Positions 1-10,367 of a stretch of DNA of 64,000 nucleotides are shown one piece after another. Made by a program: the position numbers and the translations under genes. This DNA is from Gammaproteobacteria bacterium (GTDB taxonomy: Bacteria > Pseudomonadota > Gammaproteobacteria > Eutrophobiales > Eutrophobiaceae). Where the stretch lies: positions 2,176,001 through 2,240,000 of the forward strand of contig OZ220696.1 in the NCBI GenBank assembly GCA_965116495.1, read 5' to 3'. Numbering within the stretch: the stretch's first letter is position 1; every line of letters starts with the position of its first letter. The notes beneath the pieces are model-generated. The model saw only the letters and a list, made by a program, of their open reading frames with translations. It searched no databases and had not been told where the DNA came from.

Positions 1-415
1 GATTGGCCATGAACAGGGGTCAATTATTGTAATTCTAGGCACCGATCTGCCGATGTTGCCTATACAACTTCATCGGATGGCCAAACGGGCTGCTATTGGA
101 CTGGGGCGAACCGGAACCTGTGGTGGCCAGTATTCCGGTGATATTTTTCTTGCTTTCTCTACCGCAAACGAACTGCGTTTCCCGGGGATGCAGGATATGC
201 AGCCGGGCGAATATAATATAGATTTTATCAATAATCATCATCTTGATATCGTATTTGAAGCAGCAGTGCAGTCAATTGAAGAGGCAATCATCAACGCAAT
301 GATAGCTGCAAAATCAATGACGACGGTAAAACCGCCAGGATACACACTTGATGCAATTGACCATGATATTTTAAAAGATATCATGGGCAAGTACGGCCGG
401 CTGGATAGATTGTAA
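1..415 (+). CDS. P1/S58 (DmpA-like) aminopeptidase, C-terminal part (5' end outside window)
   Basis: Frame is open from base 2: GHEQG-SIIVILGTDLP..LHRMAKRAAIGLGRTG..SGDIFLAFSTAN..EEAIINA, typical DmpA-family motifs including the G-S autoprocessing site. Confidence 0.85.
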   Translation, partial: IGHEQGSIIVILGTDLPMLPIQLHRMAKRAAIGLGRTGTCGGQYSGDIFLAFSTANELRFPGMQDMQPGEYNIDFINNHHLDIVFEAAVQSIEEAIINAMIAAKSMTTVKPPGYTLDAIDHDILKDIMGKYGRLDRL

Positions 416-463
416 GGATGTCACCCAAGGCACATCTGAGTTATCAGGAATATTCCTGACATG

Positions 464-1606
464 TTATGCGCTGGAGGTATTTGATAGCGATAATCGAAAG
501 ATCAGGGCCAAACTTATGCCGACGCAGGCACAGCATAACCATAGTGCTGGGGCAATATTGCCTGATGAATAGACAGTTGCAACAACTGCCGGGCCGATGG
601 CCAGCCCGATACCGACGAAACCATTGGTGCTTGCAACGAGACGACCGGTATTATCAGCGGATGCTATACATGCCAGCATGTAGGGCAACACAAAATTCCA
701 GGCAAAATTAAACATGCACGCAGCAACCAGGTAGTCAAAGTAGGTCAGCGATGCTGTTAATAGTGCTATACCAAGAAACGTGAGAAAATGGCCGGCAATT
801 ATCGGAAGCATTCTTCCAAACCTGGATGTCAATGCGGCTGCAAGGCCCGCGCCTGCCAAGCCTAAAAGAGAAGAAATGGCAAGTGCTGTTCCTATGCTGG
901 CGCCACTGAACCCCGCATTGTCGCCGATTCGTTCTATGTATGCCCATACACCTGTAACGCCAATGTAGTAAACAAGCATTGCAAGCAAACCAAGTACTGC
1001 CCAGAAAAGTCGCCAGTGTTCAACAGATAAATTATTTCTGCTTTTAATGACGTGTTTTCCCTGGGCAGGAAGATATTTGACGAAAAACAGAAAAATTAAC
1101 ATTGCGAGTGCAATAGTGATGTACGCAAAACCTATCCCGAATACGGGCAGTAACCGGGAAAGTACCATTATGGATAGTGTTTGAAATAACAGGTTTCCCA
1201 TAATCAAAAATCCGAATACACGATCCGGGTCCTTCATTAAATGAATTGATACGACACATAACACCATACATGTGCCGGCACACGTGCCGGTAAATAATCT
1301 AAGCAGAAAAAATATTTCGAAATTGGTCGCAAAAACTGTACCTATATTGCCCGCGATGACACAAATCATTGCAATCCGGGCAACTGTTCGCCAGTTTACA
1401 TTCCTGACCCACCATAGCGCTGGAAGGCTGGCGAGGCCCATACCCCCAAGATCTGCAGACATTAAATAGCCAGCCTGGGCCTCGGTAAAACCCAGTTGAG
1501 ATACTAACGCGCCAACAAGTACCGGTGCCTCCAGGAGAACAGCCGCACCAAATGCACCCAGGAGCACGATAAGCACGACCGTTTTTATGCTGTTCACGTC
1601 ACTCAT
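464..1606 (-). CDS. MFS transporter
   Basis: 380 aa, about 12 hydrophobic segments, LLRLFTG and WAYIERIG motifs; paralogous to 55197-56363. Confidence 0.85.
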   Translation of the reverse strand: MSDVNSIKTVVLIVLLGAFGAAVLLEAPVLVGALVSQLGFTEAQAGYLMSADLGGMGLASLPALWWVRNVNWRTVARIAMICVIAGNIGTVFATNFEIFFLLRLFTGTCAGTCMVLCVVSIHLMKDPDRVFGFLIMGNLLFQTLSIMVLSRLLPVFGIGFAYITIALAMLIFLFFVKYLPAQGKHVIKSRNNLSVEHWRLFWAVLGLLAMLVYYIGVTGVWAYIERIGDNAGFSGASIGTALAISSLLGLAGAGLAAALTSRFGRMLPIIAGHFLTFLGIALLTASLTYFDYLVAACMFNFAWNFVLPYMLACIASADNTGRLVASTNGFVGIGLAIGPAVVATVYSSGNIAPALWLCCACVGISLALIFRLSLSNTSSA

Positions 1607-1693
1607 AGTTGTATTGCTTTTTGTTAATGGAAAAAGCGCATAGACGTTGTAGCCGGTTTCTATTGAGCGCCTGAATATTTCTCGAATCAGGCG

Positions 1694-3793
1694 TTAATTC
1701 CCAATGAAACGGTGCAACACGTTCCGGGTAATGCGGGCAATATCATTGTTACCATCATCAACCATCAGGCAGGGACTCCATGCCATGGAACCGGAAGAAA
1801 ATACTGCGCCGCCATTTGGCACTTCGTAGTAAGCGATATCGCAGCGAACCTCACCCAGTACCTCACCGGTACTCGGCAGGTCCTCGGGCAAATTCAAGGA
1901 AAAGCCTTCGAACTCTCTGGCGCTTGCCAGGCATACAGTAGACATCGGAGAGCCACGGCGGTAATCAACGCGATCGAATTCAAAACCGGCAGGGCCGCCC
2001 ATCAGGTCGCCGTCGGCGTAAATTCTATCGCTTTTAACACCGTCAAATATCCAGGCAAACTCCGGAAGCCTGCTTTCTTCAGTGCGGTAATAAGCTGCTG
2101 CGGGGCCGAAAACAACGCCGGAGGCGCCAACGCCCAGGAGCGCGTGGGGCTCTCTGCCCCGTGCGGCCCAGGGTCCGCAGAGACCGGCATCGGCAGCGTG
2201 AAAATACTCTCCCGGATTAGAATACCAGGGGATGATACCGGATTTCCCGCGGCGAACTTCAATCACGTTGGGGTCGAAAGGAAGTATGGATGCTACAAAG
2301 TAATACCCTTGCCCACCAAGATACATCAAACGACCACCTTCGTGTGTATAACGGGTGAGAGCATCCAGCATCTCGCGACTGCAGTATTCCGGGTGCTGGC
2401 CGGTAAGCACAACATTGTATGGTTCAAGTGCGCTCACACCTTCCCGGTGCAGATCATGGTCAGTAATGACGTCGAAGTCGATGTTGATGTGATTCAACCA
2501 ATCGGTAATGTACAGATCTGCACCCAGCTGGTGGGGGCCCTGCAGCAGCGGATGGATGTAACCAGGCCGCATGTTGACCAGGGGCCTGGACCAGCTGGAG
2601 TGGCAGCATCCCGTGCGGTCTTTGTGGATGTCATAAACACTGAGTAAACCCTGTTCAGCGGTCCATAAATCAGTTTCGCCAACAATTTCCTCAAAGGTTT
2701 TCCCGGCAATGTCTTTGATGGCGGGGTTTGGCCACCAGTGGCGTTCATTGGCGTAAGCCAGGTGGCTGAATGTAGGTAATAAAAACGCTACTTTGGCTTC
2801 AGGGCGGGCGCTGGCAGGTCGAATGACAAAGGGGATGCAGTCATAGCCGCCATTACCCTCCAGTTCTACGCCGTACATCCCCGGTGTTAAATCGTTTGGT
2901 ACTTCCCAGGTAATGAAGGGTTCCCAGTCTGCGTCGGTTAAATCATCCGAGTGAAAGGCAATGGCGCCATATTGTTCAAGTGCGTCCGTAAAGCGAATAT
3001 TGCCGCCATCCCAGTTATGCCCGGTCATCGCGCGTTGAGGGCAGTTAACCAGCTTGCCATGAAACGCATTTTTTCCGCTATCGAATACGGTATCGGAGCT
3101 TTGCGCCCGGGAAAAATCCCAGTCCGCCACCACTTCACTCTGGTTAGCGATGATCCTGGGCCGCTCAATTTTGCCGTCGAAACACGCGCTGACAGAGTCG
3201 CCTGTTAAGCATGCGGCAATACAAAAAGCAGAGCCGGGCGCAACTGGGTGACCAGCGCCGGAAAACGCCGTTTGAAAATGCTCAAGCTGATCAAATTCCA
3301 GGCTGCGCAGTACCAAATTCAACGTATTGCTATCGGCCTCGAGAAATGCTGTAACTTCAAACCACCTCAAGTCATCTACGGGCGATCGGCTACTGACAAT
3401 TACGCCTCCCCATCGAAACTCCACCAGGCCTGTTGGATTGACAAACAAACCATGGTTTCCATCCCAACACATAAGTGCTTGATCTTCACCACGCTGTGAG
3501 CCCGTTGGGCGAAAAAACAGGCTTAGTGACGGACATTCGGGTCGGGGAATAAAGTCATCAAAGCGAAGATAGCTGCCCAGGACTAAAGATTGTTCGCGCC
3601 CCGGGTAGTCGCCATTGAGACTGCTCTTAACAGGCTGGTGCAGTGTACGGGTGCGTGCCAGTTTCACCAGATGTGCAGCGAAGGTATCGGCTGGGGTGCT
3701 TGCCATAAACTGCAAGGTTCCGCCCTGTCGGACACTTGGCTTGCTACAGTAGCCGACGATTTTATCCGGGTTAATCACGGATTGTTTTAACAC
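1694..3793 (-). CDS. N,N-dimethylformamidase large (beta) subunit family protein
   Basis: 699 aa; LPTFSHLAYANE, SVYDIHKD..SWSRPL, HPEYCS, GGRLMYLGG, GFEFD, GGAVFSSGS motifs. Confidence 0.8.
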   Translation of the reverse strand: MLKQSVINPDKIVGYCSKPSVRQGGTLQFMASTPADTFAAHLVKLARTRTLHQPVKSSLNGDYPGREQSLVLGSYLRFDDFIPRPECPSLSLFFRPTGSQRGEDQALMCWDGNHGLFVNPTGLVEFRWGGVIVSSRSPVDDLRWFEVTAFLEADSNTLNLVLRSLEFDQLEHFQTAFSGAGHPVAPGSAFCIAACLTGDSVSACFDGKIERPRIIANQSEVVADWDFSRAQSSDTVFDSGKNAFHGKLVNCPQRAMTGHNWDGGNIRFTDALEQYGAIAFHSDDLTDADWEPFITWEVPNDLTPGMYGVELEGNGGYDCIPFVIRPASARPEAKVAFLLPTFSHLAYANERHWWPNPAIKDIAGKTFEEIVGETDLWTAEQGLLSVYDIHKDRTGCCHSSWSRPLVNMRPGYIHPLLQGPHQLGADLYITDWLNHINIDFDVITDHDLHREGVSALEPYNVVLTGQHPEYCSREMLDALTRYTHEGGRLMYLGGQGYYFVASILPFDPNVIEVRRGKSGIIPWYSNPGEYFHAADAGLCGPWAARGREPHALLGVGASGVVFGPAAAYYRTEESRLPEFAWIFDGVKSDRIYADGDLMGGPAGFEFDRVDYRRGSPMSTVCLASAREFEGFSLNLPEDLPSTGEVLGEVRCDIAYYEVPNGGAVFSSGSMAWSPCLMVDDGNNDIARITRNVLHRFIGN

Positions 3794-3846
3794 GAAATAG
3801 AAGCACTTCCCTGTGCTCGCACGTTCTCAGAACAAGTCAAATTCCG

Positions 3847-6225
3847 CTAAAAGTTATACTTTAACCGCAGGTACCACTCTGCTGGGCGGGATGCTGTAGC
3901 GATAACGGTAGCAGGGTCAGCTACGGTGGAAATACTGTAAATTTTATCAGTCAAGTTGGTGCCGCCCAGGCTGACAAGCCACTTATCGTCAGCACTGGTG
4001 TAGGTCAGACTGGCATCGAGGATGCCATAACTTTTCTGAAATGCTCTCGGGTCGTTAGCAAAATCTTTCTGCTGATCATCTGTCCAGCTGTAATCACTGC
4101 GTAAATAAAGTCGACCAGAATCATTATCAAAGAAGGTGACTGTCCCGCCTAGATGCAGAGTCATTTCTGGCGTTTGTTGAAATATAAAAGTATCTGCATT
4201 AGGGAATTCGCTAAGCATTTCAGGCGTAAAAGTTTTGTATTCCGCATCCATATATCCCAGGCTTGCCTGAATATCCAACCAATCTGTGGGCACAGCAACG
4301 ACCTCCAGTTCAACACCTTCAATCGTCGCAGTTCCGGCATTGGACAGTGTGGGAACCGTCAGCGGACCTCCCACGTCAACGTTCAGAGTTGTCTGAAAAT
4401 CTTCGTAATCAACATAGAACAGCGAGGTGTTCAGCCGCAACCTGTTGTCGAAAAACTCACCCTTCATGCCGATTTCATACGAATTTGCCGTTTCAGGGTC
4501 CGCATAACCAATAATATCGTCGCCGGTTAAACCCGGTGGTGGAACTATTGCAGGGAAGTATCGCATGGAAAAGCCGCCACCTTTGAAACCTTCCGCATAT
4601 AAGGCATACACCATCAGATCATCCGTAAATTGATAGCTCAAGCTGGCCATGGGCGTAACGCCGTCACTGGTACGCTTGTACTTGCCCGGTGGGAAAAGAT
4701 TAGTACCCAGAGGACCAAAAGCGCCGTCGAGGACATTTGTATACCCTGGAACAGGCCGCGCATCTGGGTTGGTATACCTATGTAGATGTTGCAAGGTAGG
4801 ATCAAAGCGTCGGGTTTCATCTGTGTAGCGTACGCCAGCGGTTAACGCGAGCTTATCCGTAATATCATAGGTACCCTGAGCAAACACTGCCCAACTGTTG
4901 TCGTCTATGAGACCACCGCTGTCAAAACCAAAGTCTCTGAACAAGACCGGGAAAACCTGGCGACCTTCCTCTGAACTATAATAGAAACCTGCCAGGTAAG
5001 AGAGCCGTCCAGCAAAGGCCGTGCTGGAAACCTGCAGCTCCTGGCTAAAGTTTTCCAACTCGATATCCTGTGCGATTGTGGAGAACCAGTAGGGATGTAT
5101 AGAAAGATTCTGATTCACGTCAACGTCTACCTCTCGATACGAGGTAATGGACTTCAGGTCAAAATCCCCAACGTTCCAGTCCAGGGTTAGCCCCAGGCCG
5201 CGAACGTCTGCATCCGACTGGTTCGGTCCTGACTGGGTAGTTTTTAAATCGTCAAGTCCAAATTCGTATTGCTCATTCATGCAAATCGGGTTTGAAAGCC
5301 GCGCCGCGCCTGCTGTTAACGCGCACTCACCAGTGGTAACGGAGGTGTTATTAAAAAGGCCTACTAGGGATGCGGTCTCGTCCGTTGCCAGCAGGAATTG
5401 CCCCGGTGTTTCTTCTCTGATTACAGACAGGTCAGCTGTTACTGTTGCCATCAAATCACTGGTGATATCCCACTCCAGTGCTAAACGGCCACTCATACGA
5501 TCAACATTGCCCTGGGTTTCCCCGGTGTTGGCTGCGATTTGAGGACTAACGTCAAAGCCAACGCGATCGACATGACCGTCGCGGTTTTGAGTTGACAAGG
5601 ATAAGCGGCCACGGAGAGTGTCAGTCATGGGACCCGAAACAAACAGCTTTCCATCTATACGATCATAATCGCCAAGGGTCACTTCAACGCCCCCTTCAAA
5701 CTCCTCTGTGGGTCGCTTGGAAGTAATTGAAATCGCACCACCGATCGTATTCCTGCCAAAAAGTGTCCCCTGGGGCCCGCGTAATACTTCGACCTGCTCG
5801 ACATCGACCGTATCCAGCAGAGAACCCACAGATTTACCTATGTAAACACCATCAAGGTAAACACCGACACCGGGCTCTACCGTAATAACATGGTCTGATT
5901 GACCAATGCCCCGAATATAAACCTGTGTCGATGCGCCGCCGCCAGATTCAGTTGCTACAGAGTCAAATTGTACGTTTGGCGTATATTTACCCACATCAGT
6001 TGTCCGCAGGATGCCACGTGTCTCTATTTGCTGGGCACTAAATGCAGACACAGAGATTGGTGTCTCTTGTAAGGATTCCTCCCGTCGCCTGGCGGTCACG
6101 GTTATTTCCTCTAGACCTGCTTCGCTGCCCTGGGATTGTGCGTATACGACAACGGGATACGTTCCTGGTATCGAAACGATGAACGCAACGATACCTGCGA
6201 GTGTTATCTTTTGTCGGGGTAACAT
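3847..6225 (-). CDS. TonB-dependent receptor
   Basis: LEEITVTARRREESLQ TonB box, VEVLRGPQGTLFGRNTIGG plug motif, terminal F. Confidence 0.95.
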   Translation of the reverse strand: MLPRQKITLAGIVAFIVSIPGTYPVVVYAQSQGSEAGLEEITVTARRREESLQETPISVSAFSAQQIETRGILRTTDVGKYTPNVQFDSVATESGGGASTQVYIRGIGQSDHVITVEPGVGVYLDGVYIGKSVGSLLDTVDVEQVEVLRGPQGTLFGRNTIGGAISITSKRPTEEFEGGVEVTLGDYDRIDGKLFVSGPMTDTLRGRLSLSTQNRDGHVDRVGFDVSPQIAANTGETQGNVDRMSGRLALEWDITSDLMATVTADLSVIREETPGQFLLATDETASLVGLFNNTSVTTGECALTAGAARLSNPICMNEQYEFGLDDLKTTQSGPNQSDADVRGLGLTLDWNVGDFDLKSITSYREVDVDVNQNLSIHPYWFSTIAQDIELENFSQELQVSSTAFAGRLSYLAGFYYSSEEGRQVFPVLFRDFGFDSGGLIDDNSWAVFAQGTYDITDKLALTAGVRYTDETRRFDPTLQHLHRYTNPDARPVPGYTNVLDGAFGPLGTNLFPPGKYKRTSDGVTPMASLSYQFTDDLMVYALYAEGFKGGGFSMRYFPAIVPPPGLTGDDIIGYADPETANSYEIGMKGEFFDNRLRLNTSLFYVDYEDFQTTLNVDVGGPLTVPTLSNAGTATIEGVELEVVAVPTDWLDIQASLGYMDAEYKTFTPEMLSEFPNADTFIFQQTPEMTLHLGGTVTFFDNDSGRLYLRSDYSWTDDQQKDFANDPRAFQKSYGILDASLTYTSADDKWLVSLGGTNLTDKIYSISTVADPATVIATASRPAEWYLRLKYNF

Positions 6226-6293
6226 GGTTTTGTCCTCCTCTAATAAGCTGGTTAATCTGTTAATGGCCGAATACCAATGTAAAACGCGCCGGG

Positions 6294-6569
6294 TTAGTTA
6301 CTCTGGGTTATATGATGACCATAGGGTTCGGACACCGTTACGGGCTCCCGGGACTTTTGCATCAATTTACCATCCTCGACGTCGAAGTATTCCGTCTTCG
6401 GTTCCTCCAGGGCGTCCCGGTTTTCTTCTCTGTCCACGCTATAGATGTCCCCATTCGGGCCGGTGCTTTTCGTTATGATATCATTGATTTTCCGGTAGTC
6501 TTCCCCATCAAGTGAAAAGTCGAAGACCCGCAGGTTTTCCTTGAGGCGAAGGGCATGTTGCGGTGTTTT
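6294..6569 (-). pseudogene. Aldo/keto reductase C-terminal fragment
   Basis: LKENLRVFDFSLDGED..GPNGDIYSVDRE resembles AKR C-termini; the catalytic N-terminal portion is absent. Confidence 0.55.
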
Positions 6570-6742
6570 CACTATGCCGGTAGGTTTTTTTCTCTCCCCG
6601 GGTAATCAGGAAACGGCCGCCGCAATTAATATCGGGACAGGCGATGATGGCGTCGTGCTCATCCAGTCGTACTTGGTCGTTTCCCGGCATCACCGGCAAT
6701 AACTTCCACCTTCAGGTCATAGAGTTCATATTCGTCTTTCAA
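6570..6742 (-). pseudogene. TIGR04076-family protein remnant (internal deletion and frameshift)
   Basis: My translation gives LKDEYELYDLKVEVIAG, then DWMST, then (other frame) DAIIACPDINCGGRFLITRG: both ends of this family without the middle. Confidence 0.55.
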
Positions 6743-6939
6743 GATTGTCCCCGATTTTTAGTCTCACCGGATGGCCTTACTGATCGAATGGCCGGAACAC
6801 TTGTATGTCCACTGCTAAAAGCGTCACTTGACCAATATTAGTCATACGACACCTATTTTGCAACATAATATTACCAACCATAGTTCGCCCACAGGGCAAA
6901 GAGCTTTATCTCGGTTGAATAACGGGGGTACTTTGGGGA

Positions 6940-7578
6940 TCAGGAGGCGAGAATGGTAAGGGCTTCACGCTTGATTTTTGCAGCAATATCCTTGATCTGA
7001 TACTTCTTTTCCACACCAGGGCTGTGGACGAGAGGGGTGCCCTGCAACATGGCCAGGATCAGGGCGGATTTGTCACGCTGTTCCTTCGGCGAAAGACCCG
7101 GTGTCAGGGGTTTTACCAGGGTATAAATATAGTCACAGTAGGCGGACGTCATTTTGTCACGGCATTCCGCCGCGAATTCATCCCTTGTGGCCAGAGCCCA
7201 GAGTTCAAACTGGAAGCCCCGCACGAAGGGTGTCTCATTGTCGTGGACACTGTATTCAATAAATGCGGCGAAGCGCTCTTCTGCAGTCATATCGGGTAAA
7301 TCCACTGCTGCTTTCGCCGTCTCCAGCTCCATATCTGTCATCTGTTCAACGACGGCCAGGAACAGATCTCTTTTGGTCGGAAAATAATATTGCAGGTTTC
7401 GCAGCGTGATCCCCAGTTTTGAGGCAATATTGCGCATTGTGAAGGCGCTGTAGCCATCATAGGCAAGGACTTCCGCCGCCGTGGTGAGTATATCCTGTAA
7501 TTTTTGTCGCCCCTTTGGATATATCGCGGTCCCGGGTGACAAAGCGGATAATTTTGAAGGATCGACACGTACATTCAT
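6940..7578 (-). CDS. TetR/AcrR family regulator
   Basis: ILTTAAEVLAYDGYSAFTMRNIASKLGITLRNLQYYFPTKRDL helix-turn-helix. Confidence 0.92.
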   Translation of the reverse strand: MNVRVDPSKLSALSPGTAIYPKGRQKLQDILTTAAEVLAYDGYSAFTMRNIASKLGITLRNLQYYFPTKRDLFLAVVEQMTDMELETAKAAVDLPDMTAEERFAAFIEYSVHDNETPFVRGFQFELWALATRDEFAAECRDKMTSAYCDYIYTLVKPLTPGLSPKEQRDKSALILAMLQGTPLVHSPGVEKKYQIKDIAAKIKREALTILAS

Positions 7579-7633
7579 CGAACGATATGCTTACTTTAGC
7601 GAGACCCGCGCAGCGACGAGGCACTGGTGGACA

Positions 7634-8032
7634 TCATAGACGCCCGGAAATTGTTGTGTTATCGGTTTTGAAACCGGGAGGCTGCTTGATTAGTGACTCG
7701 GCGGGGATGCCGAGTTGCTCGTGCAGGCGCCAAATCATTTTAAGTGTGAGTGAGCGTTTACGATTCAATATCTCATAAACACGATTTCTCCTGCCGATCA
7801 TCGGCTCAAGGTCTTTTGCCGTTAATCCCTTCTGTTCCATTTCAAACCTGATGGCGGCAACTGGGTCGGGTAAGTCAAGCGGATAATGCTTATGTTCATA
7901 CGCTTCGACCAGGGTCGCCAGTACATCCAGTTTTTCACCTTCAGGTGAATCCGGTTGCGCTGACATCAGCGTTTCTATCTGTTTCAGCGCCGCCCGATAG
8001 TCGGCATCTGTTTTGATGGGTTTGACTTCCAT
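7634..8032 (-). CDS. higA: HigA antitoxin (HTH)
   Basis: PIKTDADYRAAL..LVEAYE..PDPVAAIRFEMEQKGL..KRSLTLKMI. Confidence 0.9.
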   Translation of the reverse strand: MEVKPIKTDADYRAALKQIETLMSAQPDSPEGEKLDVLATLVEAYEHKHYPLDLPDPVAAIRFEMEQKGLTAKDLEPMIGRRNRVYEILNRKRSLTLKMIWRLHEQLGIPAESLIKQPPGFKTDNTTISGRL

Positions 8033-8050
8033 CAGTTGTTCCTCCAGGGA

Positions 8051-8353
8051 CTAAATGATTTGTGCATCAATCCGGTTATATTGGGCATGTGTCCCGATAA
8101 ACCGTATGTAAACCACTCGGTAAGCATAATTAACCCAGACAACCAGCCGATACTTGTTGCCGGCTATATTAAACACCACTCGTCCATCCTTGAGGATACT
8201 GGCATTGCTGAAATCCTGTTTGACATCAGCCGGCGAAGTCCAATCAGCTCGTAACGCTCGTCGATACCAGGCCCTGACCGGCTCTGCCGCATCTTTGTAT
8301 GCAGGGTTTTGCTCCCAGAGCCGTTCGAGCATAGAGAGCGCTATGATCCTCAT
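8051..8353 (-). CDS. higB: HigB toxin
   Basis: ASILKDGRVVFNIAGNKYRLVV..FIGTHAQY; toxin-first order with higA. Confidence 0.9.
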   Translation of the reverse strand: MRIIALSMLERLWEQNPAYKDAAEPVRAWYRRALRADWTSPADVKQDFSNASILKDGRVVFNIAGNKYRLVVWVNYAYRVVYIRFIGTHAQYNRIDAQII

Positions 8354-8413
8354 TATCCGACACCATGTCCTAAATTGGGACTATTATAATCGGTTATTCT
8401 ACATACTGCAATG

Positions 8414-8450
8414 GTTAACGGAAATCCTGTTAACGGAAATCCCTGTTAAC
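8414..8450. repeat. Short tandem repeat GTTAACGGAAATCC x2 plus GTTAAC
   Basis: Units start at 8414, 8429 and 8445, upstream of higB. Confidence 0.6.
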
Positions 8451-8523
8451 CGAACAAGCGGTAAAACGTGTCCTGGCCTGGCAACTTTCTGAAACAATGA
8501 AACAGCAAGGCATCAGAAAAGTG

Positions 8524-8548
8524 GAAATGGCCGGGGACGCAATAGTAA
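8524..8548 (-). repeat. Degenerate copy of tRNA-Phe 3' end (att-like site, most distal)
   Basis: atggccggggacgcaatagta versus tRNA atggccagggacagaatcgaa; shares the aatagta variant with the other copies. Confidence 0.55.
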
Positions 8549-8584
8549 AAACTCTGATGCCACAGTGCTCCGACCCCGGAACTT

Positions 8585-9763
8585 TTAAGTGATGTGCTCG
8601 CTCATCCATTCCTTCAGCAAAGACACTGCCTGCGCCTGGTGTGCGGGCTGCTCGCGGTAGTAGTGAGTCGCGCCGTCAATCCGTTCAAAGCGCTTGTTTG
8701 GACTCCCCAGGAGTTCAAAAATTTTTCGCGGGTGTGATGCCGGCACTGCATCGTCGGCCCCATTTTCAATGACCAGGGCCGGCACGCTGATCGCAGGTGC
8801 ATTGTCTGCGCTGCGTGCGCGGCTTTTATCAAAAGACCATTGCGACATCCACGACCGCAAGGTGGTAAAGCGGGCAAGACCCACGGGTCCCGAGTTGACT
8901 GCGCGCGGGTCACCGAGGTAGCAGTGATTGGGTTCGCGCTGGTTCGGATCGACTGCAGGGTCAATCCAGCGCGGGTCGCACATCGTCCGGTGAACAATGA
9001 ATGGGCGTTCAATCGCGCCGTCGTCAGCATAGGCAAGACGATCAAGCTGTTGTTTCACGCAGGTCGTGATGCGCCGGTTGCGCGCGATCTGCGCTGATCT
9101 GAATCTGTCGAGAAACTCCGCATTGAAAGGTGGCGTGTGAGTTGTTTCCTGTGCGTAAATATCAAGCTCGGGATCGCGCGTATCCGGGTCGGATTCAATC
9201 ATGACCGAAGGGTCGAGCCACTCGGTCAACGTTTCCGCGCGGCTGAGGTGCGCGGCGATACTGAGTATCCCGTCGGCCGCCGGCAGGCCGGCTGAAGACA
9301 GATCGACAGGGTCACCCGCAGGCGTGGCGGTGACGCTGGGCGTTTCGGCCTGTGCCTGGTAGTAGATAGATAAAGAGCCGCCGCCGCTCCAACCGGCGAG
9401 TATCACGTTCTCGTAGTTCAGTTCGTCGCGTGCGAAGGTGATATGCGCGCCCAGGTCGAGCAACACCTTCTCGATTATTAGCGGCGTGTCGTTACGCAGG
9501 TAGCGGCTGTTGCAACACATGACGTGTACGCCGGCTTCAGCGAGTGCCCTGGGTAAGGGCAGGAGAGACAGCGACGACGACGGATGCATGAACAGCAACA
9601 CCGATTTGGCGGGCGCAGCGCTACGCCGCAACAGTTGACCCTCGAGGAATATGCGGCCGGCTTGACCAACGAAGCCGTAAACTTCCGTGAACAGACTCTG
9701 CTCGTTGTATGAAATCGTATAGCCGTCGCGGGCGAACGGTTCGCGCAGTACTTCTATTTGCAT
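8585..9763 (-). CDS. Alpha/beta hydrolase
   Basis: GWSGG nucleophile elbow, ADDAVP Asp, ATHYY His. Confidence 0.85.
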   Translation of the reverse strand: MQIEVLREPFARDGYTISYNEQSLFTEVYGFVGQAGRIFLEGQLLRRSAAPAKSVLLFMHPSSSLSLLPLPRALAEAGVHVMCCNSRYLRNDTPLIIEKVLLDLGAHITFARDELNYENVILAGWSGGGSLSIYYQAQAETPSVTATPAGDPVDLSSAGLPAADGILSIAAHLSRAETLTEWLDPSVMIESDPDTRDPELDIYAQETTHTPPFNAEFLDRFRSAQIARNRRITTCVKQQLDRLAYADDGAIERPFIVHRTMCDPRWIDPAVDPNQREPNHCYLGDPRAVNSGPVGLARFTTLRSWMSQWSFDKSRARSADNAPAISVPALVIENGADDAVPASHPRKIFELLGSPNKRFERIDGATHYYREQPAHQAQAVSLLKEWMSEHIT

Positions 9764-9773
9764 GGACGCTTCG

Positions 9774-10274
9774 CTAAGCGGATTTAGTGCCGGCTTTGCG
9801 TGCGTTCCACTTGTCCATTTCCACTACCGCGTCCTGTGCCATCTGCGACCACATCGCCTTGGTGTCGGTGCGAACGGAAACTTCGAGGCGATGGCCGTTC
9901 GGATCGTAGAAGTACCAACTGTCGCACATGCCATGTTCCACCGGTCCCAGTACGTCGGTACCCATATCACGCAATCGCTGTGCCAGGGACGCCGCTTCCT
10001 CGTGGGAGTCGATCTCGAGAGCCAGGTGCTGCGCCCAATCCTGTTCAACTCGCGCCGCCGGACCGGCGTCTTCGAGGATGTCAAAGAAGGCGATGAAACT
10101 GCCGTCTTTCATCTCGAAGAAAATGTGGTTGTGCGGCTCGTTGCGTTGCAGTGACGGCACGTGTTCCTGGACCAGCGCGGCGGCGAACTTCAGGCCCAGG
10201 CCATCGACATAAAATTGCCGCGTCGCTTCAGCGTCGAGACAGCGATAGGCAACATGGTGAAGTTTCTTGAGCAT
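9774..10274 (-). CDS. VOC/glyoxalase family protein
   Basis: LHHVAYRC, QHLAL, SWYFYDPNGHRLE. Confidence 0.9.
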   Translation of the reverse strand: MLKKLHHVAYRCLDAEATRQFYVDGLGLKFAAALVQEHVPSLQRNEPHNHIFFEMKDGSFIAFFDILEDAGPAARVEQDWAQHLALEIDSHEEAASLAQRLRDMGTDVLGPVEHGMCDSWYFYDPNGHRLEVSVRTDTKAMWSQMAQDAVVEMDKWNARKAGTKSA

Positions 10275-10367
10275 CCGCTTGCCTCGTCTCCAGGGTAGCT
10301 TGATAATAATGTATAAAGAGATAAATTATACAAAAATATTATCGACGGTGTGAGGATTTGACGGCAC

